A stretch of DNA of 64,000 nucleotides from Eledone cirrhosa (taxonomy: Eukaryota), in contig OZ024741.1 of assembly GCA_964016885.1 (NCBI GenBank), positions 408,146,001 to 408,210,000 of the forward strand. The letters are read 5' to 3'. Position numbers and translations under genes: made by a program. Below the pieces are notes generated by a model. It did no database searches. It was not told where the DNA came from and worked only from the letters and a program-made list of their open reading frames with translations. Below, piece by piece: positions 1-12,029 of the stretch. Position 1 is the first letter of the stretch. Each line of letters opens with the position of its first letter.

Positions 1-1649
1 GATGGCTGGGTAACTGGAAGGTTAACAGGTTTGTTGGGTGGATGGCTGGGTAACTGGAAGTTTAATAGGTTTGTTGGCTGGATGGCTGGGTAACTGGAAG
101 GTTAGCAGATTTGTTGGGTGGATGCCTGGGTAACTGGAAGTTTAGCAGGTTTGTTGGGTGCATGGCTGGGTTACTGGAAGGTTAGCAGGTTTGTTGGGTG
201 GATTGCTGGGTAACTGGAAGGTTAGCAGGTTTGTTGGATGGATGGCTGGGTACTGAAAGGTTAGCAGGTTTGTTGGGTGGATGGCTGGGTAACTGGAAGT
301 TTAGCAGGTTTGTTGGGTGGATGGCTGGGTAACTGGAAGGTTAGCAGGTTTGTTGGGTGGATGGCTGGGTAACTGGAAGATTAACAGGTTTGTTGGGTGG
401 ATGGCTGGGTAACTGGAAGGTTAGCAGGTTTGTTGGGTGGATGGCTGGGTAACTGGAAGATTAACAGGTTTGTTGGGTGGATGGCTGGGTAACTGGAAGG
501 TTAGCAGGTTTGTTGGGTGGATGGCTGGGTAACTGGAAGATTAACAGGTTTGTTGGGTGGATGGCTGGGTAACTGGAAGGTTAACAGGTAAGTTGGGTGG
601 ATGGCTGTGTAACTGAAAGGTTAACAGGTTTGATGGGTGGATGGCTGGGTAACTGGAAGGTTAATAGGTTTGTTGGCTGGATGGCTGGGTAACTGGAAGG
701 TTAGCAGGTTTGTTGGGTGGATGGCTGGGTAACGGAAAGTTAACATGTTTTTTGGGTGGAGGGCTGGGTAACTGGAAGGTTAGCAGATTTGTTGGGTGGA
801 TGCCTGGGTAACTGGAAGTTTAGCAGGTTTGTTGGGTGCATGGCTGGGTTACTGGAAGGTTAGCAGGTTTGTTGGGTGGATGGCTGGGTACTGGAAGGTT
901 AGCAGGTTTGTTGGATGGATGGCTGGGTACTGAAAGGTTAGCAGGATTGTTGGGTAGATGGCTAGGTAACTGGAAGGTTAGCTGGTTTGTTGGGTGGATG
1001 GCTGGGTAACTGGAAGGTTAGCAGGTTTGTTGGGTGGTGGCTGAGTAACTGGAAGGTTAGCAGTTTTGTTGGGTGGATGGCTGGGTATTTGGAAGATTAG
1101 CAGGTTTGTTGGGTGGATGGCTGGGTAACTGGAAGATTAGCAGGTTTGTTGGGTGGATGGCTGGGTAACTGGGAGGTTAACAGGTCTGTTGGGTGGATAG
1201 CTGAGTAACTGGAAGGTTAACAGGTTTGTTGGGTGGATGGCTGGGTAACTGGAAGGTTAACAGGTTTGTTGGGTGGATGGCTGGGTAACTGGAAGGTTAA
1301 TAGGTTTGTTGGCTGGATGGCTGGGTAACTGGAAGGTTAGCAGGTTTGTTGGGTGGATGGCTGGGTAACGGAAGGTTAACAGGTTTTTTGGGTGGATGGC
1401 TGGGTAACTGGAAGGTTAGCAGATTTGTTGTGTGGATGCCTGGGTAATTGGAAGTTTAGCAGGTTTGTTGGGTGCATGGCTGGGTTACTGGAAGGTTAGC
1501 AGGTTTGTTGGGTGGATGGCTGGGTAACTGGATGGTTAGCAGGTTTGTTGGATGGATGGCTGGCTACTGAAAGGTTAGCTGGTTTGTTGGGTGGATGGCT
1601 GGGTAACTGGAAGGTTAACAGGTTTGTTGGGTGGATGGCTGAGTAACTG

Positions 1650-4600
1650 GAAGGTTAATAGGTTTGTTGGGTGGATGGCTGAGTAACTGGAAGTTTAGCA
1701 GGTTTGTTGGGTGGATGGCTGGGTAACTGGAAGGTTAGCAGGTTTGTTGGGTGGATGGCTGGGTAACTGGAAGATTAACAGTTTTGTTGGGTGGATGGCT
1801 GGGTAACTGGAAGGTTAACAGGTAAGTTGGGTGGATGGCTGTGTAACTGGAAGGTTAACAGGTTTGTTGGGTGGATGGCTGGGCAACTGGAAGGTTAATA
1901 GGTTTGTTGGCTGGATGGCTGGGTAACTGGAAGGTTAGCAGGTTTGTTGGGTGGATGGCTGGGTACCGGAAGGTTAATAGGTTTGTTGGGTGGATGGCTG
2001 AGTAACTGGAAGGTTAATAGGTTTGTTGGGTGGATGGCTGGGTAGCTGGAAGGTTAGCAGGTTTGTTGGGTGGATGGATGGGTAACTGGAACTTAGCAGG
2101 TTTGTTGGGTGGATGGCTGGGTACCGGAAGGTTAACAGGTTTTTTGGGTGGAAGGCTGGGTAACTGGAAGGTTAGCAGTTTTGTTGGGTGGATGCCTGGG
2201 TAACTGGAAGTTTAGCAGGTTTGTTGGGTGCATGGCTGGGTTACTGGAAGGTTAGCAGGTTTGTTGGGTGGGTAGCTGGGTAACTGGAAGGTTAGCAGGT
2301 TTGTTGGATGGATGGCTGAGTACTGAAAGGTTAGCAGGTCTGTTGGGTAGATGGCTAGGTAACTTGAAGGTTAGCTGGTTTGTTGGGTGGATGGCTGGGT
2401 AACTGGAAGGTTAGCAGGTTTGTTGGGTGGATGGCTGAGTAACTGGAGGGTTAGCAGTTTTGTTGGGTGGATGGCTGGGTATTTGGAAGAGTAGCAGGTT
2501 TGTTGGGTGGATGGCTGGGTATTTGGAAGAGTAGCAGGTTTGTTGGGTGGATGGCTGAGTAACTGGAAGGTTAGCAGGTTTGTTGGGTGGATGGCTGAGT
2601 AACTGGAAGGCTAACAGGTTTGTTGGGTGGATGGCTGAGTAACTGGAAGGTTAACAGGTTTGTTGTGTGGATGGCTGAGTAACTGGTAGGTTAACAGGTT
2701 TGTTTGGTGGGTGGCTGGGTAACTGGAAGATTAACAGGTTTGTTGGGTGGATGGATGGGTAACTGGAAGGTTAACAGGTAAGTTGGGTGGATGGCTGGGT
2801 AACTGGAAGGTTAACAGGTTAGTTGGGTGGATGGCTGAGTAACTGGAAGTTTAATAGGTTTGTTGGGTGAATGGCTGAGTAACTGGAAGGTTAATAGGTT
2901 TGTTGGGTGGATGGCTGAGTAACTGGAAGTTTAATAGGTTTGTTGGGTGGATGGCTGAGTAACTGGCAGGTTAACAGATTTGTTGGGTGGATGGCTGGGT
3001 AACTGGAAGGTTAGCAGGTTTGTTGGGTGGATGGCTGAGTAACTGGAAAGTTAACAGTTTTGTTGGGTGGATTCCTGGGTAACTGGAAGGTTAGCAGGTT
3101 TGTTGGGTGGATGGCTGAGTAACTGGAAGGTTAACAGGTTTGTTGGGTGGATGGCTGGGTAACTGGAAGATTAGCAGGTTTGTTGGGTGGATGGCTGTGT
3201 ATTTGGAAGATTAGCAGGTTTGTTGGGTGGATGGCTGAGTAACTGGAAGGTTAGCATGTTTGTTGGGTGGATGCCTGGGTAACTGGAAGTTTAGCAGGTT
3301 TGTTGGGTGCAGGGCTGGGTTACTGGAAGGTTAGCAGGTTTGTTGGGTGGATGGCTGGGTAACTGGAAGGTTAGCAGGTTTGTTGGATGGATGGCTGGGT
3401 AATTGGAAGGTTAGCAGGATTGTTGGGTAGATATGCTAGGTAACTAGAAGGTTAGCTGGTTTTGGGGTGGATGGCTGGGTAACTGGAAGGTTAACAGGTT
3501 TGTTGGGTGGATGGCTGAGTAACTGGAAGGTTAGCAGTTTTGTTGGGTGGATGGCTGGGTATTTGGAAGATTAGCAGGTTTGTTGGGTGGATGGCTGGGT
3601 AACTGGAAGATTAGCAGGTTTGTTGGGTGGAAAGCTGGGTAACTGGGAGGTTAACAGGTCTGTTGGGTGGATGGCTGAGTAACTGGAAGGTTAACAGGTT
3701 TGTTGGGTGGATGGCTGGGTAACTGGAAGGTTAACAGGTTTGTTGGGTGGATGGCTGGGTAACTGGAAGGTTAATAGGTTTGTTGGCTGGATGGCTGGGT
3801 AACTGGAAGGTTAGCAGATCTGTTGGGTGGATGCCTGGGTAACTGGAAGTTTAGCAGGTTTGTTGGGTGCATGGCTGGGTTACTGGAAGGTTAGCAGGTT
3901 TGTTGGGTGGATTGCTGGGTACTGAAAGGTTAGCAGGTTTGTTGGGTAGATGGTTAGGTAACTGGAAGGTTAGCTGGTTTGTTGGGTGGATGGCTGAGTA
4001 ACTGGAAGGTTAGCAGTTTTGTTGGGTGGATGGCAGGGTATTTGGAAGATTATCAGGTTTGTTGGGTGGATTTCTGGGTAACTGGAAGATTAGCAGGTTT
4101 GTTGGGTGGAAGGCTGGGTAACTGGAAGGTTAACAGTTCTGTTGGGTGGATGGCTGAGTAACTGGCAGGTTAACAGATTTGTTGGGTGGATGGCTGGGTA
4201 ACTGGAAGGTTAGCAGGTTTGTTGGGTGGATGGCTGAGTAACTTGAAGGTTAACAGTTTTGTTGGATGGATTCCTGGGTAACTGGAAGGTTAGCAGGTTT
4301 GTTGGGTGGATGGCTGAGTAACTGGAAGGTTAACAGGTTTGTTGGGTGGATGGCTGAGTAACTGGAAGGTTAATAGGTTTGTTGGGTGGATGGCTGAGTA
4401 ACTGGAAGGTTAATAGGTTTGTTGGGTGGATGGCTGGGTAACTGGAAGTTTAGCAGGTTTGTTGGGTAGATGGATGGTTAACTGGAACTTAGCAGGTTTG
4501 TTGGGTGGATGGCTGGGTACCGGAAGGTTAACAGGTTTTTTGGGTGGAGGGCTGGGTAACTGGAAGGTTAGCAGATTTGTTGGGTGGATGCCTGGGTAAC

Positions 4601-7600
4601 TGGAAGTTTAGCAGGTTTGTTGGGTGGATGGCTGGGTAACTGGAAGGTTAGAAGGTTTGTTGTGTGGATGGCTGGGTAACTGGAAGGTTAGTAGGTGTGT
4701 TGGGTGGCTGGCTGGGTATTTGGAAGGTTAACAGGGTTGTTGGGTGGATGGCTGGTTAACTGGAAGTTTAATAGGTTTGTTGGGTGGATGGCTGAGTAAC
4801 TGGAAGGTTAATAGGTTTGTTGGGTGGATGGCTGAGTAACTGGAGGTTTAGCAGGTTTGTTGGGTGGATGGCTGGGTAACTGGAAGGTTAGCAGGTTTGT
4901 TGGGTGGATGGCTGGGTAACTGGAAGATTAACAGTTTTGTTGGGTGGATGGCTGGGTAACTGGAAGGTTAACAGGTAAGTTGGGTGGATGGCTGTGTAAC
5001 TGGAAGGTTAACAGGTTTGTTGGGTGGATGGCTGGGTAACTGGAAGGTTAATAGGTTTGTTGGCTGGATGGCTGGGTAACTGGAAGGTTAGCAGGTTTGT
5101 TGGGTGGATGGCTGGGTACCGGAAGGTTAATAGGTTTGTTGGGTGGATGGCTGAGTAACTGGAAGGTTAATAGGTTTGTTGGGTGGATGGCTGGGTAGCT
5201 GGAAGGTTAGCAGGTTTGTTGGGTGGATGGATGGGTAACTGGAACTTAGCAGGTTTGTTGGGTGGATGGCTGGGTACCGGAAGGTTAACAGGTTTTTTGG
5301 GTGGAAGGCTGGGTAACTGGAAGGTTAGCAGTTTTGTTGGGTGGATGCCTGGGTAACTGGAAGTTTAGCAGGTTTGTTGGGTGCATGGCTGGGTTACTGG
5401 AAGGTTAGCAGGTTTGTTGGGTGGGTGGCTGGGTAACTGGAAGGTTAGCAGGTTTGTTGGATGGATGGCTGAGTACTGAAAGGTTAGCAGGTCTGTTGGG
5501 TAGATGGCTAGGTAACTTGAAGGTTAGCTGGTTTGTTGGGTGGATGGCTGGGTAACTGGAAGGTTAGCAGGTTTGTTGGGTGGATGGCTGAGTAACTGGA
5601 GGGTTAGCAGTTTTGTTGGGTGGATGGCTGGGTATTTGGAAGAGTAGCAGGTTTGTTGGGTGGATGGCTGGGTATTTGGAAGAGTAGCAGGTTTGTTGGG
5701 TGGATGGCTGAGTAACTGGAAGGTTAGCAGGTTTGTTGGGTGGATGGCTGAGTAACTGGAAGGCTAACAGGTTTGTTGGGTGGATGGCTGAGTAACTGGA
5801 AGGTTAACAGGTTTGTTGTGTGGATGGCTGAGTAACTGGTAGGTTAACAGGTTTGTTTGGTGGGTGGCTGGGTAACTGGAAGATTAACAGGTTTGTTGGG
5901 TGGATGGATGGGTAACTGGAAGGTTAACAGGTTAGTTGGGTGGATGGCTGAGTAACTGGAAGGTTAATAGGTTTGTTGGGTGAATGGCTGAGTAACTGGA
6001 AGGTTAATAGGTTTGTTGGGTGGATGGCTGAGTAACTGGAAGTTTAATAGGTTTGTTGGGTGGATGGCTGAGTAACTGGCAGGTTAACAGATTTGTTGGG
6101 TGGATGGCTGGGTAACTGGAAGGTTAGCAGGTTTGTTGGGTGGATGGCTGAGTAACTGGAAAGTTAACAGTTTTGTTGGGTGGATTCCTGGGTAACTGGA
6201 AGGTTAGCAGGTTTGTTGGGTGGATGGCTGAGTAACTGGAAGGTTAACAGGTTTGTTGGGTGGATGGCTGGGTAACTGGAAGATTAGCAGGTTTGTTGGG
6301 TGGATGGCTGTGTATTTGGAAGATTAGCAGGTTTGTTGGGTGGATGGCTGAGTAACTGGAAGGTTAGCATGTTTGTTGGGTGGATGCCTGGGTAACTGGA
6401 AGTTTAGCAGGTTTGTTGGGTGCAGGGCTGGGTTACTGGAAGGTTAGCAGGTTTGTTGGGTGGATGGCTGGGTAACTGGAAGGTTAGCAGGTTTGTTGGA
6501 TGGATGGCTGGGTAATTGGAAGGTTAGCAGGATTGTTGGGTAGATATGCTAGGTAACTAGAAGGTTAGCTGGTTTTTGGGTGGATGGCTGGGTAACTGGA
6601 AGGTTAACAGGTTTGTTGGGTGGATGGCTGAGTAACTGGAAGGTTAGCAGTTTTGTTGGGTGGATGGCTGGGTATTTGGAAGATTAGCAGGTTTGTTGGG
6701 TGGATGGCTGGGTAACTGGAAGATTAGCAGGTTTGTTAGGTGGATGGCTGGGTAACTGGAAGGTTAATAGGTTTGTTGGCTGGATGGCTGGGTAACTGGA
6801 AGGTTAGCAGATCTGTTGGGTGGATGCCTGGGTAACTGGAAGTTTAGCAGGTTTGTTGGGTGCATGGCTGGGTTACTGGAAGGTTAGCAGGTTTGTTGGG
6901 TGGATTGCTGGGTAACTGGAAGGTTAGCAGGTTTGTTGGATGGATGGCTGGGTACTGAAAGGTTAGCAGGTTTGTTGGGTAGATGGTTAGGTAACTGGAA
7001 GGTTAGCTGGTTTGTTGGGTGGATGGCTGAGTAACTGGAAGGTTAGCAGTTTTGTTGGGTGGATGGCAGGGTATTTGGAAGATTATCAGGTTTGTTGGGT
7101 GGATTTCTGGGTAACTGGAAGATTAGCAGGTTTGTTGGGTGGAAGGCTGGGTAACTGGAAGGTTAACAGTTCTGTTGGGTGGATGGCTGAGTAACTGGCA
7201 GGTTAACAGATTTGTTGGGTGGATGGCTGGGTAACTGGAAGGTTAGCAGGTTTGTTGGGTGGATGGCTGAGTAACTTGAAGGTTAACAGTTTTGTTGGAT
7301 GGATTCCTGGGTAACTGGAAGGTTAGCAGGTTTGTTGGGTGGATGGCTGAGTAACTGGAAGGTTAACAGGTTTGTTGGGTGGATGGCTGAGTAACTGGAA
7401 GGTTAATAGGTTTGTTGGGTGGATGGCTGAGTAACTGGAAGGTTAATAGGTTTGTTGGGTGGATGGCTGGGTAACTGGAAGTTTAGCAGGTTTGTTGGGT
7501 AGATGGATGGGTAACTGGAACTTAGCAGGTTTGTTGGGTGGATGGCTGGGTACCGGAAGGTTAACAGGTTTTTTGGGTGGAGGGCTGGGTAACTGGAAGT

Positions 7601-7860
7601 TTAGCAGATTTGTTGGGTGGATGCCTGGGTAACTGGAAGTTTAGCAGGTTTGTTGGGTGGATGGCTGGGTAACTGGAAGGTTAGAAGGTTTGTTGTGTGG
7701 ATGGCTGGGTAACTGGAAGGTTAGTAGGTGTGTTGGGTGGATGGCTGGGTATTTGGAAGGTTAACAGGGTTGTTGGGTGGATGGCTGGTTAACTGGAAGT
7801 TTAATAGGTTTGTTGGGTGGATGGCTGAGTAACTGGAAGGTTAATAGGTTTGTTGGGTGG
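1650..7860 (+). repeat. Higher-order tandem duplication, two copies of about 3.0-3.15 kb (junction near 4800)
   Basis: Rare markers pair up in order: GTAGC (in AAGAGTAGC) 2491/5644 and CTAAC 2611/5764 (offset 3153); ATATG 3431/6544 (3113); TTGGC 3787/6780 (2993); identical ORF-track entries 3979/7012 and TAGAAGG 4651/7684 (3033). Confidence 0.9.
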
Positions 7861-10800
7861 ATGGCTGAGTAACTGGAAGGTTAATAGGTTTGTTGGGTGG
7901 ATGGCTGAGTAACTGGCAGGTTAACAGATTTGTTGAGTGGATGGCTGGGTATCTGGAAGGTTAGCAGTTTTGTTGGGTGGATGGCTGAGTAACTGGAAGG
8001 TTAACAGTTTTGTTGGGTGGATTCCTGGGTAACTGGAAGGTTAGCAGGTTTGTTGGGTGGATGGCTGAGTAACTGGAAGGGTAACAGGTTTGTTGGGTGG
8101 ATGGCTGAGTAACTGGAAGGTTAATAGGTTTGTTGGGTGGATGGCTGAGAAACTGGAAGGTTAATAGGTTTGTTGGGTGGATGGCTGGGTAACTGGAAGA
8201 TTAGCAGGTGTGTTGGGTGGATGGATGGGTAACTGGAACTTAGCAGGATTGTTGGGTGGATGGCTGAGTAACTGGAAGGTTAACAGGTTTGTTGGGTGGA
8301 TGGCTGGGTAACTCGAAGATTAGCAGGTTTGTTGGGTGGATGGCTGGGTAACTGGAAGGTTAGCAGGTTTGTTGGGTGGATGGCTGAGTAACTGGAAGGT
8401 TAACAGCTTTGTTGGGTGGATGGCTGGGTAACTGGAAGATTAGCAGGTTTGTTGGGTGGATGGCTGGGTAACTGGAAGATTAACAGGTTTGTTGGGTGGA
8501 TGGCTGGGTAACTGGAAGGTTAACAGGTAAGTTGGGTGGATGGCTGGGTAACTGGAAGGTTAACAGGTTTGTTGGGTGGATGGCTGGGTAACTGGAAGGT
8601 TAATAGGTTTGTTGGCTGGATGGCTGGGTAACTGGAAGGTTAGCAGGTTTGTTGGGTGGATGGCTGGGTACGGGAAGGTTAACAGGTTTTTTGGGTGGAG
8701 GGCTGGGTAACTGGAAGGTTAGCAGATTTGTTGGGTGGATGCCTGGGTAACTGGAAGTTTAGCAGGTTTGTTGGGTGCATGGCTGGGTTACTGGAAGGTT
8801 AGCAGGTTTGTTGGGTGGATGGCTGGGTAACTGGAAGGTTAGCAGGTTTGTTGGGTGGATGGCTGAGTAACTGGAAGTTTAGCAGTTTTGTTGGGTAGAC
8901 GGCTGGGTATTTGGAAGATTAGCAGGTTTGTTGGGTGGATGGCTGGGTAACAGAAAGATTAGCAGGTTTGTTGGGTGGATGGCTGGGTAACTGGGAGGTT
9001 AACAGGTCTGTTGGGTGGATGGCTGAGTAACTGAAAGGTTAACAGGTTTGTTGGGTGGTAGGCTGGGTAACTGGAAGGTTAACAGGTTTGTTGGGTGGAT
9101 GGCTGGGTAACTGGAAGGTTAATAGGTTTGTTGGCTGGATGGCTGGGTAACTGGAAGGTTAGCAGGTTTGTTGGGTGGATGGCTGGGTTCCGGAAGGTTA
9201 ACAGGTTTTTTGGGTGGAGGGCTGGGTAACTGGAAGTTTAGCAGATTTGTTGGGTGGATGGCTGGGTTACTGGAAGGTTAGCAGGTTTGTTGGGCGGATG
9301 GCTGGGTAACTGGAAGTTTAGCAGGTTTGTTGGGTGCATGGCTGGGTTACTGGAAGGTTAGCAGGTTTGTTGGGCGGATGGCTGGGTAACTGGAAGGTTA
9401 GCAGGTTTGTTGGATGGATGGCTGGGTACTGAAAGGTTAGCAGGTTTGTTGGCTAGATGGCTGGGTAACTGGAAGGTTAGCAGGTTTGTTGGGTGGATGG
9501 CTGAGTATCTGGAAGGTTAGCAGTTTTGTTGGGTGGATGGCTGGGTATTTGGAAGATTAGCAGGTTTGTTGGGTGGATGGCTGGGTAACTGGAAGATTAG
9601 CAGGTTTGTTGTGTGGATGGCTGAGTAACTGGAAGGTTAACAGGTTTGTTGGGTGGATGACTGAGTAACTGGTAGGTTAACAGGTTTGTTTGGCGGGTGA
9701 CTGGGTAACTGGAAGATGAACAGGTTTGTTGGGTGGATGGCTGGGTAACTGGAAGGTTAATAGCTTTGTTGGCTGGATGGCTGGTTAACTGGAAGGTTAG
9801 CAGGTTTGTTGGGTGCATGGCTGGGTACCGGAAGGTTAACAGGTTTTTGGGGTGGAGGGCTGGGTAACTGGAAGGTTAGCAGATTTGTTGGGTGGATGCC
9901 TGAGTAACTGGAAGTTTAGCAGGTTTGTTGGGTGGATGGCTGGGTTACTGGAAGATTAGCAGGTTTGTTGGGTGGATGGCTAGGTAACTGGAAGGTTAGC
10001 AGGTTTGTTGGGTGGATGGCTAGGTAACTGGAAGTTTAGCAGGTTTGTTGGGTGCATGGCTGGGTTACTGGAAGATTAGCTAGTTTGTTGGGTGGATGGC
10101 TGGGTAACTGGAAGGTTAGCAGGTTTGTTGGGTGGATGGCTGAGTAACTGGAAGGTTAGCAGTTTTGTTGGGTGGATGGCTGGGTATTTGGAAGATTAGC
10201 AGGTTTGTTGGGTGGATGGCTGGGTACCTGGAAGGTTAACAGGTATGTTGGGTGGATGGCTGAGTAACTGGAAGGTTAGCAGGTTTGTTGGGTGGATGGC
10301 TGAGTAACTGGTAGGTTAACAGTTTTGTTGGGTGGATGGCTGGGTAACTGGAAGGTTAGCAGGTTTGTTGGGTGGATGGCTGAGTAACTGGAAGGTTAGC
10401 AGGTTTGTTGGGTGGATGGCTGAGTAACTGGAAGGTTAACAGTTTTGTTGGGTGGATGGCTGAGTAACTGGAAGGTTAACAGTTTTGTTGGGTGGATGGC
10501 TGAGTAACTGGTAGGTTAACAGGTTTGTTTGGTGGGTGGCTGGTTAACTGGAAGATTAACAGGTTTGTTGGGTGGATGGCTGGGTAACTGGAAGGTTAAC
10601 AGGTAAGTTGGGTGGAATGCTGGGTAACTGGAAGGTTAACAGGTTTGTTGGGTGGATGGCTGGGTAACTGGAAGGTTTACAGGTTTGTTGGGTGGATGGC
10701 TGGTTAACTGGAAGGTTAATAGGTTTGTTGGGTGGATGGCTGAGTAACTGGAAGGTTAATAGGTTTGTTGGGTGGATGGCTGAGTAACTGGAAGGTTAAT

Positions 10801-12029
10801 AGGTTTGTTGGGTGGATGGCTGAGTAACTGGCAGGTTAATAGATTTGTTGGGTGGATGGCTGGGTAACTGGAAGGTTAGCAGGTTTGTTGGGTGGATGGC
10901 TGAGTAACTGGAAGGTTAGCAGGTTTGTCGGGTGGATGGCTGGGTAACTGGAAGATTAGCAGGTCTGTTGGGTGGATGGCTGGGTATTTGAAAGATTAGC
11001 AGGTTTGTTGGGTGGATGGCTGAGTAACTGGAAGGTTAATATGTTTGTTGGGTGGATGCCTGGGTAACTGGAAGCTTAGCAGGTTTGTTGGGTGGATGGC
11101 TGGGTAACTGGAAGGTTAGCAGGTTTGTTGGATGGATGGCTGGTTACTGAAAGGTTAGCAGGATTGTTGGGTAGATGGCTAGGTAACTGGAAGGTTAGCT
11201 GTTTTGTTGGGTGGATGGCTGGGTAACTGGAAGGTTAACAGGTTTGTTGGGTGGATGGCTGAGTAACTGGAAGGTTAGCAGTTTTGTTGGGTGGATGGCT
11301 GGGTATTTGGAAGATTAGCAGGTTTGTTGGGTGGATGGCTGGGTAACTGGGAGGTTAACAGGTCTGTTGGGTGGATGGCTGAGTAACTGGAAGGTTAACA
11401 GGTTTGTTGGGTGGATGGCTGGGTAACTGGAAGGTTAACAGGTTTTTTGGGTGGATGGCTGGGTAACTGAAAGGTTAATAGGTTTGTTGGCTGGATGGCT
11501 GGGTAACTGGAAGGTTAGCAGATTTGTTGGGTGGATGCCTGGGTAACTGGAAGTTTAGCAGGTTTGTTGGATGGATGGCTGGGTACTGAAAGGTTAGCAG
11601 GTTTGTTGGGTAGATGGTTAGGTAACTGGAAGGTTAGCTGGTTTGTTGGGTGGATGGCTGGGTAACTGGAAGGTTAGCAGGTTTGTTGGGTGGATGGCTG
11701 AGTAACTGGAAGGTTAGCAGTTTTGTTGGGTGGATCGCAGGGTATTTGGAAGATAAGCAGGTTTGTTGGGTGGATTTCTGGGTAACTGGAAGATTAGCAG
11801 GTTTGTTGGGTGGATGGCTGGGTAACTGGAAGGTTAACAGTTCTGTTGGGTGGATGGCTGAGTAACTGGCAGGTTAACAGATTTGTTGGGTGAATGGCTG
11901 GGTAACTGGAAGGTTAGCAGGTTTGTTGGGTGGATGGCTGAGTAACTGGAAGGTTAACAGTTTTGTTGGGTGGATTCCTGCGTAACTGGAAGGTTAGCAG
12001 GTTTGTTGGGCGGATGGCTGAGTAACTGG

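Noticed and set aside
1-20. Chi-like (GCTGGTGG) or minisatellite-core similarity in GGCTGGGT
   Set aside because: It is only a partial match, expected by chance in a TGG-rich sequence.
19-30. Hairpin, terminator or structured RNA around the GTTAAC palindrome
   Set aside because: The palindrome is only 6 bp and is broken in the many AGC/AAT variants. The strand has too few C residues for stable stems.
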